A stretch of 33,177 bases of DNA from positions 1-33,177 of the forward strand of contig DAOUSF010000004.1 of the NCBI GenBank assembly GCA_030627385.1, read 5' to 3'. The notes under the pieces were generated by a model. It was not told the DNA's origin, ran no database searches, and was given only the letters and a program-made list of their open reading frames with translations. The position numbers and the translations under genes are program-made. Below, piece by piece: positions 9,998-18,811 of this stretch. The first letter of the stretch is position 1; each line of letters opens with the position of its first letter. The DNA comes from Methanosarcinales archaeon. GTDB lineage: Archaea > Halobacteriota > Methanosarcinia > Methanosarcinales > Methanocomedenaceae.

Positions 9998-10417
9998 TTA
10001 GGATTTAGCACCCAATCGTTTGCTGAGTTCCTCAAGCCTGATATACTTGACAGAGCTCAATTTATCCATATTAGCTTCGGCAATGGATATTTTCTCTTCA
10101 CTGCTCAGTGCATCGGGCACTCCGATAAAGGTTTTCAGTCTTGACATGGCATCCTTGCCTCTTGCTCTTTTATAAGGCAACATGCCACGTATTGTTCTTT
10201 TTAATATATGGTCGGACCGTCTCGGGAAGTATGGCCCGAATTCTCTATTACCCCTATCAACGGCCTGTTTATATTCACCAAATGTGGAAACCCTTGAGCC
10301 TGAAATTACAGCTTTCTCGGCATTTACGATGAATATCTCTTCACCTTCAAGAAGCTTTTTGGCTACAACACTGGAAAGCCTGCCCAATATCATTCCATTT
10401 GCATCTATAATTGTCAT
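9998..10417 (-). CDS. rpl13: 50S ribosomal protein uL13
   Basis: [35 protein letters not shown]; start moved to ATG 10417, which follows GAGGTG. Confidence 0.97.
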   Translation of the reverse strand: MTIIDANGMILGRLSSVVAKKLLEGEEIFIVNAEKAVISGSRVSTFGEYKQAVDRGNREFGPYFPRRSDHILKRTIRGMLPYKRARGKDAMSRLKTFIGVPDALSSEEKISIAEANMDKLSSVKYIRLEELSKRLGAKS

Positions 10418-10428
10418 TTCAACGCACC

Positions 10429-10794
10429 TCACTGCATTATCTTCACGCCGGAACCATTTGGGTTCTCTTTAACCAGGTCCTCGATGTTCAGGCAGGACCC
10501 CCCTTTTTTCGTGATCTTTTCCCTTGCACTGTCGCTAAATCCCAGTGCAGCCACTATTACCTTATGCTCAATGTTACCGGAACTTAACACTTTTCCAGGG
10601 ATGATAATTGTTTCATCCTCACTGGTATATCTATTGATCTTGCTAAGGTTCACGTCAGAATAATTCCTTGTGGGGCGTTCAAGACGCTTTGCAATGTCCC
10701 GCCAGATATTCACTCCATTATCGCGGGATAAGGCCTTGAGGTCGACGATAAGGCCTAATATGCGTGGATTTGTTTTTCTGATTATTTTACTCAA
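10429..10794 (-). CDS. rpl18e: 50S ribosomal protein eL18
   Basis: [27 protein letters not shown]; TTG start after GGAGG. Confidence 0.97.
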   Translation of the reverse strand: MSKIIRKTNPRILGLIVDLKALSRDNGVNIWRDIAKRLERPTRNYSDVNLSKINRYTSEDETIIIPGKVLSSGNIEHKVIVAALGFSDSAREKITKKGGSCLNIEDLVKENPNGSGVKIMQ

Positions 10795-10802
10795 TTATTG
10801 TT

Positions 10803-10950
10803 CCTCCGTATGACCCTAAAAAAGGGCCTGACTCACGCAGATTCGCTGCGTTCGGGTCCGTACTGCCCATACGCCATAGGATGTTCTAATCCCTACGGTC
10901 AGGTTATTTGGAAATAAAAACCAAATTAACTCTGATGCATCTGTGAGTTA
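10803..10950 (-). promoter_or_regulatory. Candidate structured 5' leader RNA of the rpl18e-rpl13-rps9 operon
   Basis: GC-rich non-coding island with hand-folded helices CCTGAC/GTCAGG, CGTAGGG/TCCTATG, ACGCAG/CTGCGT, GCCCT/AGGGT and TAACTC/GAGTTA, ending at the SD. Regulatory function is inferred. Confidence 0.6.
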
Positions 10951-11080
10951 TATTAATTACTTAATACTACGACGGCTTCATATTACTTGTCAATATAAAT
11001 AATTTGTTATGTATGGGGTCTTTTCATTTGAAATGAGATTCCGGCAGTTGCAAAAAATCGGTACCGATAGTGGAATGAAT

Positions 11081-11282
11081 TGTTTAATATCTGGAAGAAA
11101 ATTACCTGAAGACAGGTGAGCTTAACCAAAAACTTATACACTGGCTTGATACCTGCCGAATCGAACGCCACTAAACCCTTTATGGATTGGAACATTTACA
11201 AATCAGTGCGCATGATGCAAGCACAGCAATTGATTCCATAAAAACCTTTTCAGGCACTGTAAAAAGATTGGCAGAAGCATAG
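11081..11282 (+). pseudogene. HEPN-domain gene remnant
   Basis: Frame from 11091 reads LEENYLKTGELNQKLIHWLDTCRIERH*TLYGLEHLQISAHDASTAIDSIKTFSGTVKRLAEA*, a HEPN-like RxxRHxxxY helix with an internal TAA at 11172-11174 and no intact 5' half. Confidence 0.6.
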
Positions 11283-11365
11283 AATTCAAAATCACTCTTC
11301 TTCTGGAATTTAATATTGAAAATGAGTATATTCTACATAAAGAGTATGACATTCAGGATGGTAGC

Positions 11366-11399
11366 ACATCAGATATCCACTTACATCAGATATCCACTT
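11366..11399. repeat. Perfect 17-bp tandem duplication spanning the uvrB stop codon
   Basis: acatcagatatccactt at 11366-11382 and 11383-11399. Confidence 0.92.
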
Positions 11400-13359
11400 C
11401 TTCCAGCTTTGATTTCAATTCCTTTATCCGGTCCCTCAATGCAGCAGCGTCTTCAAATTCAAGCTGTTTGGCTGCCCCTTGCATCTTAGCTTCCAGGTCG
11501 ATGATTATATTCAATATCTCTTCTGCAGGTATATCTTCAAACAGTTCCGCCCCGATCTCTGCCTTCTTGCCTGGTACGATGTCAGCCCTGATAGCCTTAC
11601 TAATAGACTTGGGTGTGATGTGATACTGCCTGTTATATTCCATCTGGATTTTTCGACGCCTGTTTGTCTCATCAACTGCCTTTTTAATAGAACCAGTGAT
11701 ATTATCAGCATACAGCACCACCCTGCCATGCACATTCCTACTGGCACGGCCAATAGTCTGGATAAGTGAGCGATGAGAGCGCAAGAATCCTTCCTTGTCG
11801 GCATCCAGGATAGTAACCAGGGCCACTTCTGGCAGGTCCAGCCCTTCCCTGAGCAAATTGATGCCCACCAGCACATCGAACTCCCCCAAGCGCAGGTCCC
11901 TGATAATCGCTACCCTCTCCAGGGTAATGATGTCAGAGTGCATGTACCTGGCCCTGATATCAAGTTCAAGAAGATACTTTGTCAGGTCTTCTGCCATACG
12001 TTTTGTAAGAGTAGTGACCAGGACCCTAAAGCCATTTTCAACACAAAGCCGTATCTCACCTACCAGGTCGTCCACCTGCCCCTCAACCGGCCGTATAACT
12101 ACTTCCGGATCCACCAGTCCTGTAGGCCTGATTATCTGCTCCACCACCCGGGTGCTGTGCTCCAGTTCGAAATCACCAGGGGTTGCCGAGACATATATCG
12201 ACTGTCTTACCCGGTCATGGAATTCATCAATGCGCAGCGGCCTGTTATCATAAGCACTGGGCAGCCTGAAACCGTTGGACACCAGTGTGTCCTTACGGGC
12301 ACGGTCCCCGTTATGCATGCCTTTTACCTGGGGCAGGGTGACATGGCTTTCATCAATGACCAAAATGTAATCGTCAGGGAAGAAATCAAGCAGGGTATAG
12401 GGTGGTTCACCAGGGGAGCGATCATCCATGTGGCGGCTGTAGTTCTCGATACCTTTGCAATATCCGATCTCCTGCATCATCTCAATATCAAACCTTGTCC
12501 GTTGTTCCAGCCGCTGGGCTTCAAGCAGTTTCCCCTGGGAACGAAACAGGGCCAGGTTTTCCTCAAGTTCTGCTTCAATTGTAAATATAGCCTTTTCGAT
12601 AGTCTCCACAGGCATAACATAATGCCTTGCCGGATATATGGCCGCCTTTTCAAGTTCGTGCAATGTATAACCTGTAAGCGGATCGAATTCGCATATCCGT
12701 TCTACCTCATCACCGAACAGTTCGATCCGTACCCCTGAATTTGACATGGCAGGGAAGACTTCAACTGTGTCACCCCTGACCCTGAACGTTCCCTGTGTAA
12801 AGTCTACATCATTACGTTCATACTGGATGTCCACCAGCCCACCCTGGATATCCTTTCTGTCTATGGTCTGTCCCACTTCGATCATTAAGGTCATCTGTCG
12901 CCATTCTTCAGGACTGCCCAGTCCATATATGCAGGATACGCTGGCTACCACAATTACATCCGGCCGCTCCATCAGTGACCGGGTGGTGGCCAGCCTGAGT
13001 CTTTTGATCTCTTCATTGATGCTGGCATCTTTTTCAATATATGTATCAGTGACAGGTATGTATGCTTCGGGTTGGTAGTAATCGTAATAACTGACAAAGT
13101 ATTCCACGGCATTGTCAGGGAAGAATTCCCTGAACTCGCTGTATAGCTGGGCAGCGAGGGTCTTGTTATGGGCGATGACCAGGGTGGGGCGCTGTACCTT
13201 TTCGATCATTTTGGCAATGGTGAAGGTCTTGCCCGAACCTGTAACTCCAAGTAGGGTCTGGTGGCGTATCCCTTTGGTGATGCCTTCTGACAGGGACTTG
13301 ATGGCAGGACCCTGGTCCCCTGTGGGTCCGAAATCTGATACTACACAAAATCGAGGCAT
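11386..13359 (-). CDS. uvrB: Excinuclease ABC subunit B
   Basis: [55 protein letters not shown]-terminal UVR domain [11 protein letters not shown]. Confidence 0.98.
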   Translation of the reverse strand: MPRFCVVSDFGPTGDQGPAIKSLSEGITKGIRHQTLLGVTGSGKTFTIAKMIEKVQRPTLVIAHNKTLAAQLYSEFREFFPDNAVEYFVSYYDYYQPEAYIPVTDTYIEKDASINEEIKRLRLATTRSLMERPDVIVVASVSCIYGLGSPEEWRQMTLMIEVGQTIDRKDIQGGLVDIQYERNDVDFTQGTFRVRGDTVEVFPAMSNSGVRIELFGDEVERICEFDPLTGYTLHELEKAAIYPARHYVMPVETIEKAIFTIEAELEENLALFRSQGKLLEAQRLEQRTRFDIEMMQEIGYCKGIENYSRHMDDRSPGEPPYTLLDFFPDDYILVIDESHVTLPQVKGMHNGDRARKDTLVSNGFRLPSAYDNRPLRIDEFHDRVRQSIYVSATPGDFELEHSTRVVEQIIRPTGLVDPEVVIRPVEGQVDDLVGEIRLCVENGFRVLVTTLTKRMAEDLTKYLLELDIRARYMHSDIITLERVAIIRDLRLGEFDVLVGINLLREGLDLPEVALVTILDADKEGFLRSHRSLIQTIGRASRNVHGRVVLYADNITGSIKKAVDETNRRRKIQMEYNRQYHITPKSISKAIRADIVPGKKAEIGAELFEDIPAEEILNIIIDLEAKMQGAAKQLEFEDAAALRDRIKELKSKLEEVDI

Positions 13360-13471
13360 TGGTCAGATGTATGTAAAGGAGTAGTATTAAAAGGATGGAG
13401 GTATGATGGGTTGGATGAGATGCTTTTTCTCTATATGGTCATATGGGATAAATTTATCTTGTTAATTGTTC

Positions 13472-14446
13472 TCATATCCACTCATAATGCGCCATGACCT
13501 CAGGCTTGAAATCATACAGCATACTCCCTTCCGCATAACCAAAGAACAGGCAGCCTTCACACTCCTTCGTGATCCTCCTGCGTTTTTCCCGTGAACTCTC
13601 CCACACATTCACCAATCCGTCCCTGATATGCCCCAGATGTTCCTTCTTCGACCGGCAGTTTTCTATCCAGCCATCAGATGTGACATTAAGGATGATATCG
13701 CTGGCATGGCATCTGAAATCCATACTCCCGTCCCTTACCATTTTCAGGTATGTCAATGAATTAATGATAGGATAACCTTCCCTCTTTAAACTGATGACCC
13801 GGTCCAGCACATTTTCGTACTTAACATTATCACGTATTCCAATAATCTCCCAAACATCAGGGTCAATACCCTCAGATTCATCCAATGGCTCAAAAGATAT
13901 CCAGACTCCCAACTCCCTGGCCAGATGTACCAGTGGCACAACATCCTCAAGGTTTTGTCCTGATATGACACAATTTATCAGGATTGGGTTCCTGCGCCCA
14001 TACTTTGCAGCATCTATCCCGGCTAAAAGATCATCAAAATCCATGCCCCTGATGTCCTTATAGCTATCTATCCCATCAACTGATACAGACAGGTAATCCA
14101 CATCATCCAGTTCATGTGCCCGCTGCCTGAGCAGTTTCCCGTTGGTTATCATGGATGTAATTAATCCAAGGCTGCGTGCATAAGCCATTATCCGGGGCAG
14201 GTCCTCCCTGAGCAGAGGTTCCACAGTCCAGGCATTATAATACTTGATACCGAACTTCTTTGCCTCATCCAGCAGGGCCAGGATATCCCCGGTTTCCATC
14301 TCGTCCTTTTCTTCCTTCCAGTACTCGCAAAAATCACAGTGCATATTGCATCTGGCATTGATGCCGTGGGACATTACAATGGGCCGTTTTTTAACACGCA
14401 GCTGCCAGAGGGCCCTGGATGCAAGAATAGGTGAAAACGTTCTCAT
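13472..14446 (-). CDS. Radical SAM protein with SPASM/twitch-like C-terminus, function unknown
   Basis: CNMHCDFC (CxxxCxxC), EPLLR, ITNG, SVSVDG; C-terminal C..G...C..CxxC. Confidence 0.88.
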   Translation of the reverse strand: MRTFSPILASRALWQLRVKKRPIVMSHGINARCNMHCDFCEYWKEEKDEMETGDILALLDEAKKFGIKYYNAWTVEPLLREDLPRIMAYARSLGLITSMITNGKLLRQRAHELDDVDYLSVSVDGIDSYKDIRGMDFDDLLAGIDAAKYGRRNPILINCVISGQNLEDVVPLVHLARELGVWISFEPLDESEGIDPDVWEIIGIRDNVKYENVLDRVISLKREGYPIINSLTYLKMVRDGSMDFRCHASDIILNVTSDGWIENCRSKKEHLGHIRDGLVNVWESSREKRRRITKECEGCLFFGYAEGSMLYDFKPEVMAHYEWI

Positions 14447-14585
14447 GTTGACCAGATCTGATTATAGTACTTATGGTAAGTCCTGGGTTATATCTATCAC
14501 GATTTAATCCCTTTGTAACCTAATCCCAGGTCCTGCCAGTATTCTGACCTGAGAATTTATAATCAATCATATTATATGTTAGCAT

Positions 14586-15491
14586 ATGCCTGCAGCACTT
14601 GAACCACTTGTGGATGAACCAGGTCTTGTTGTTGAGAATACCATCAGGGTACTGGTGGTGGCAGATATCCACCTGGGTATAGAGTGGGACCTGGGCAATA
14701 GCGGCATCGTAATCCCAAGCCAGTCCGCCCGGGGGCTTGCAAAGATTATGGAATATATTGACGCTGTTTCACCTGAGCGGGTCGTGCTGCTGGGGGATGT
14801 GAAACATAATGTACCACGGATATCCTGGCAGGAAAGGGAGGAAGTGCCCCATTTCCTTGAAAGCATAGCAAAAAGGGTATCGGTTGACATAGTCCCTGGC
14901 AACCATGACGGAGACATGGAATTTCTGGTGCGGCGCATTTTGCCCGGACTTGAGGTTACACTGCAACCTGCCAGGGGTTTTGTGCTGGACGGCGTGGGGT
15001 ACTTCCACGGCCACACCTGGCCCGACCCTGTTTTGCTCTCCTGCGACCACATCGTAATGGCCCACAACCACCCCACCATCAGGTTTACTGATCCCCTTGG
15101 TTCCAGCAATGCCGAACCTGCCTGGATACGCACCCGGTTGAACCGCAAGGTACTGGAAGCACATTTCAAGTCAAAAGCAGGAGACCTGCCATGGTCTGAC
15201 CCTGAAGTGGTGGTCATGCCAGCCTTCTGCCAGCTCTGCGGCGGCGTGGCATTCAATGAATCGCTGCACGACGACCTGCTGGGTCCTGTGTTCTCCTCGG
15301 GGGCCGTGGAACTGGACAGGGCGCAGGCATACTTGCTGGACGGCACCAGACTGGGAAAGCTGGGCGACCTGAGAAGACTGGGTATTACGAATAAAAGACC
15401 TGATACGCGGAGTAAGAGGAGTAAAAGAACAAGAAGTAAAAGAAGCACAAATAGTATTAATCTTCACGATAAGGAATCTCGATCTCCATGA
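14586..15491 (+). CDS. Calcineurin-like metallophosphoesterase
   Basis: ADIHLG, GDVKH, GNHD, HGH, AHNHP; low-complexity C-terminal tail overlaps rnz. Confidence 0.9.
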   Translation: MPAALEPLVDEPGLVVENTIRVLVVADIHLGIEWDLGNSGIVIPSQSARGLAKIMEYIDAVSPERVVLLGDVKHNVPRISWQEREEVPHFLESIAKRVSVDIVPGNHDGDMEFLVRRILPGLEVTLQPARGFVLDGVGYFHGHTWPDPVLLSCDHIVMAHNHPTIRFTDPLGSSNAEPAWIRTRLNRKVLEAHFKSKAGDLPWSDPEVVVMPAFCQLCGGVAFNESLHDDLLGPVFSSGAVELDRAQAYLLDGTRLGKLGDLRRLGITNKRPDTRSKRSKRTRSKRSTNSINLHDKESRSP

Positions 15492-16374
15492 ACTCGGTGG
15501 CGATACTAACGTTCCCGAATTCTTTTTTCGCATCTTCCAGCAGTTGGGAAGTATCATCCGAATACCTTGAACTGATATGTGTCAATACAAGTTGATGCAC
15601 ATTTGCCAGGGATGCCAGGGATGCAGCCTCGCCTGCTGTGGAGTGTTGGGTTTCTTTAGCCCATTCTACCATATCATCGGCAAAGGTACCATCGTGGATC
15701 AGCAGGTCCGCCTTATTGCCGGCAACAAAAACTCCGCTGCAGGGTCTTGTATCACCTGAATATACTACCTTCCGTCCCGGCCGCGGATGTCCCACAATAT
15801 CACTACTTTTTATGATCCTGCCGTTTACCTCTACATCTTCTCCATTGTGCAGACGCTTGAACAGGGGGCCTGGCGGTACACCAAGTTCTACAGCCTTTTC
15901 ACGGTCAAACTTTCCCAGGCGTTCTTTTTCTACCAGTGCATAACCAAAGGATGCCACACTGTGTTCGGTCTTCAAAGCTTCGACATAATAGTCACCTCTG
16001 TCTACCTTATCCCCGGCATGTAATTCGATTGCCTTGATATTAAACTTCAATTTGTAAAATCCCAGGGCTGTCAGCATCCTGACGAATTCTTTTACCCAGT
16101 GGGGGCCGTATATTTTTAAGGGGTCGGTGCGGCCGTTAAAGTTCATTGTCTGTATAAGGCCGGGTATGCCAAGGATATGGTCGGCATGGAAATGTGTGAT
16201 AAAGATCGAGGTCAGGCTGACCATACCTGTCCTGGCGCGCATCATCTGCTGTTGGGTACCTTCACCGCAATCGAACAGCATAAGCTCACCTTTCCTGTTC
16301 ACCAGTACGGCCGGAAGATTGCGCTCGGGTGTGGGAACACTGCCTGCCGTGCCAAGGAATGTTACTCGAAGCAT
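15457..16374 (-). CDS. rnz: Ribonuclease Z (tRNA 3' endonuclease)
   Basis: FLGT, FDCGEGTQ, THFHADH, exosite GVPPGP, YSGDT, HST, THISSRY. Confidence 0.97.
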   Translation of the reverse strand: MLRVTFLGTAGSVPTPERNLPAVLVNRKGELMLFDCGEGTQQQMMRARTGMVSLTSIFITHFHADHILGIPGLIQTMNFNGRTDPLKIYGPHWVKEFVRMLTALGFYKLKFNIKAIELHAGDKVDRGDYYVEALKTEHSVASFGYALVEKERLGKFDREKAVELGVPPGPLFKRLHNGEDVEVNGRIIKSSDIVGHPRPGRKVVYSGDTRPCSGVFVAGNKADLLIHDGTFADDMVEWAKETQHSTAGEAASLASLANVHQLVLTHISSRYSDDTSQLLEDAKKEFGNVSIATEFMEIEIPYRED

Positions 16375-16528
16375 TAAGTGGTTTTATATCATTTTTGTTA
16401 TTAAATGATATCTATAAATTATTACATTATACCCATATCCGATGTGGCAGCGAAGTTATTATCATGAGATAAATTTTAACATTCTTCTTCCATAAACCAT
16501 ATGTAAAGGGGAGTGCTATTCGTTACAG

Positions 16529-17881
16529 ATGGCAGAAATATATCCAGGCCCTGAGATAAGGTCACTGCTCGTCCAGCTGGGCTACAATGAAGCAATAATA
16601 CAGGATATCCAAAACGGACTCAATACGTTGTTCAGGGATACAGGATTCCCTGAAATTAAAAGATCAATTTTTTCTGCCAGCCAGAAAAAGGATATAATAC
16701 GACTGGTGGATTCGTTGAAGAAGTTGATGGTCTCACTGGAAGACAAAGGCTTTTTCCGGCCTGATATTCCCCAACCACTGCTCAAGCTTCTGGTGAACGG
16801 CCTTAACCTGAACAGCGAGGATATTTTTGCAATCCTTGACAAGTCAGGTATACCTGATGAAACAAAAAGAAATGAAAAGGAATTCCTTGTTTCATGTGCC
16901 GCTTTAACCCAGCTTGGTTACATTCTTATACAAAATATGATACAAGGAGTAAAAACGCTCAGTGCCGGACGTCATGTATGTATCATGATCGATAGTTTTT
17001 CGCCCGGTTCAATGATGTTCATTGATTTCAGCCTGGATTCGGTCAGGGAAATAAATGTCAGGCAGGCATATAACTGCCAGGATAATTTTTATTTCCTTAA
17101 AGATATAGATGAAATACCTGGAATGGATGAAGAGACATTTGATTTTATAAACGAATATTACTCATTCTTCCAGGTGTCAACAGATATTGGTCTTAGTCAT
17201 ATTATCCATAATAACCTCGGTATTGCCTATGATACAACTGGCATGTACAGGGAAGCCTTTGCAGAGTTTGAAAAAGCCCTCAAACTTGATCCGGATTATA
17301 TTGAAGCCCATAATAACCTGGCTGTGATCTATGACAGGATGGGCAGGAATGAAAAAGCTATAGGGGAACTCCTGGAGGTATTAAGGCTCAACCCCGGATA
17401 CACAGAGGGACACAGCAACCTTGCACATGTTTATACCAGGATGGGGCAATACGATGATGCGATCTTTGAGCTCAAGGAAGCCCTGGGGATTGATCCTGAC
17501 TATGTGCCGGCACATAACAGTCTGGGCCACATCTTTGCCGGACAAAAGAAATACCAGGAGGCAGTAAAGGAATTCCAGGAAGCTATCAGGCTTGACCCTG
17601 GATATGGCCTGGCCCGTAATAATCTTGGACATGTCTATTTAGAGCTTGAAAAATATGAGGATGCACTAAAGGAGTTTGAGCAGGTCACAAAGCTGGACCC
17701 CAACTTTATCGAGGGACATCAGGGTATGGGATTGGCCTGTTATAACAAAGGCAGGTATGATAAGGCAGCCCACGCCTGGGCCAGGGCGGTCTATCTAAAG
17801 CCGGAATTGATGGACAGCGTGCCTGATGAGTTGAAACTCAAAGTGAACATGGGCGTTTCAAGGCTCAGGTTCTCTAAATGA
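16529..17881 (+). CDS. Tetratricopeptide-repeat protein with an uncharacterised N-terminal domain
   Basis: About 6 TPR units with 34-aa periodicity (HNNLG..Y...G.Y.EA...F.KAL.LDP.Y) in the C-terminal half. Confidence 0.9.
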   Translation: MAEIYPGPEIRSLLVQLGYNEAIIQDIQNGLNTLFRDTGFPEIKRSIFSASQKKDIIRLVDSLKKLMVSLEDKGFFRPDIPQPLLKLLVNGLNLNSEDIFAILDKSGIPDETKRNEKEFLVSCAALTQLGYILIQNMIQGVKTLSAGRHVCIMIDSFSPGSMMFIDFSLDSVREINVRQAYNCQDNFYFLKDIDEIPGMDEETFDFINEYYSFFQVSTDIGLSHIIHNNLGIAYDTTGMYREAFAEFEKALKLDPDYIEAHNNLAVIYDRMGRNEKAIGELLEVLRLNPGYTEGHSNLAHVYTRMGQYDDAIFELKEALGIDPDYVPAHNSLGHIFAGQKKYQEAVKEFQEAIRLDPGYGLARNNLGHVYLELEKYEDALKEFEQVTKLDPNFIEGHQGMGLACYNKGRYDKAAHAWARAVYLKPELMDSVPDELKLKVNMGVSRLRFSK

Positions 17882-17973
17882 AGTTAACTGCAAACCGATT
17901 CGCAGTCAAAGTAAAAAATATATATAATCCATGTCTTCTTCAATATATGAATATTAAGAATGGAGATGTCAAA

Positions 17974-18498
17974 TTGATAAAGAAATCAACAATCCGGTTA
18001 ATCGTAATGATGATCATTACTTCACTAATTATGCTAAGCGGATGTACACAGGCTCCCGATTCAGCCAATGATTCAGATACGCAGGATAACGAAAGTGAAT
18101 CACAAGACGGGGATTACATTTATAGAACAGCTGTTGTCGAATCCACTGAAATACTGGTTCTCGAATCATTTCCTGTACAGATACATGTAATCGCAATAGG
18201 CTACCTGCCTGACGGCTGCACCGAGATTGACAGAGTTGAAGAGGAAAGAGACGGCAATGTATTCACAGTTACGATAACAACAAAACGACCAAAAGATATG
18301 ATGTGTACACAAGCCATTGTACCCTACGAAGAAGAAGTCCCACTCTATGTATATGGCTTGAAGGCGGGTAGGTATGACGTTAATGTCAACAGTGTGACAA
18401 ATTCCTTTGAACTCACCACTGATAACATCATCGAAGATGTAGGGGGCGTTTCCGGGACAAATGTCTTTACAGAGGATAACAACGGCAGCACAGTATAA
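17974..18498 (+). CDS. Putative lipoprotein, truncated before its C-terminal inhibitor domain
   Basis: TTG 17974 after GGAG; basic N-region, hydrophobic stretch, lipobox LSGC, acidic linker, then a domain with LESFPVQ..GYLPDGC..CTQAIVPYE. The ORF track start at 17878 is probably too long. Confidence 0.75.
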   Translation: MIKKSTIRLIVMMIITSLIMLSGCTQAPDSANDSDTQDNESESQDGDYIYRTAVVESTEILVLESFPVQIHVIAIGYLPDGCTEIDRVEEERDGNVFTVTITTKRPKDMMCTQAIVPYEEEVPLYVYGLKAGRYDVNVNSVTNSFELTTDNIIEDVGGVSGTNVFTEDNNGSTV

Positions 18499-18768
18499 CT
18501 GGCAATGGGCGATACCTTCCGGATCAAAATGAATAAGAACCCCACAACAGGATACCAGTAGTCCCTGGAGACAACCGGCGGTCTTGAGATCATGAGCGAT
18601 AATTACTTACCTTCCGCCTCCGGACTGGTGGGTGCGGGCGGCATTCACGAATGGGATATTAAAGCCACTGCCAGCGGGACGCAGCAGGTGACGGGCGTGT
18701 ACAGCCGTTCGTTTGAGAACCTGACCGGCAGCGAGCAAAGGTTTGTACTGACAGTGGAAGTGGAATAG
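18499..18768 (+). pseudogene. Chagasin / protease inhibitor I42 domain, in frame with the upstream lipoprotein but interrupted by TAA (18496) and TAG (18559)
   Basis: LAMGDTFRIKMNKNPTTGYQ*SL..GLVGAGGIHEW..YSRSFE..FVLTVEVE* matches the I42 motifs NPTTGYxW, GxGG and the RPW-like loop. Confidence 0.85.
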
Positions 18769-18811
18769 ATCCATTTAAAATATCGCACATACCAGTACTT
18801 GAGGTGAAAAA

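Noticed and set aside
2106-10794. Linkage of ribosomal, RNA polymerase and isoprenoid genes as a novel system
   Set aside because: This is a well-known conserved archaeal gene cluster.
10827-10903. Leader structure as a tRNA or tRNA pseudogene (tRNA-Leu precedes rpl18e in some archaea)
   Set aside because: No TTCGA T-loop, no 7-nt anticodon loop on a 5-bp stem and wrong arm lengths; only CGAAT resembles a T-loop.
11773-12738. 321-aa plus-strand ORF inside uvrB
   Set aside because: Antisense shadow of a highly conserved gene.
13472-14446. Radical SAM protein as RaSEA, the partner of ArcS
   Set aside because: It has the canonical CxxxCxxC and a SPASM-like tail rather than the RaSEA-type spacing, and it is not adjacent to the DUF5591 gene.
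14579-15448. 289-aa minus-strand ORF with a Leu-rich signal-like start
   Set aside because: It is antisense to the metallophosphoesterase, and the poly-Leu comes from the complement of the purine repeat.
18559-18561. In-frame TAG as a possible pyrrolysine codon
   Set aside because: An in-frame TAA lies upstream, the TAG replaces a conserved Trp, and TAG ends fni, rpoK and rpoN at their normal C-termini.
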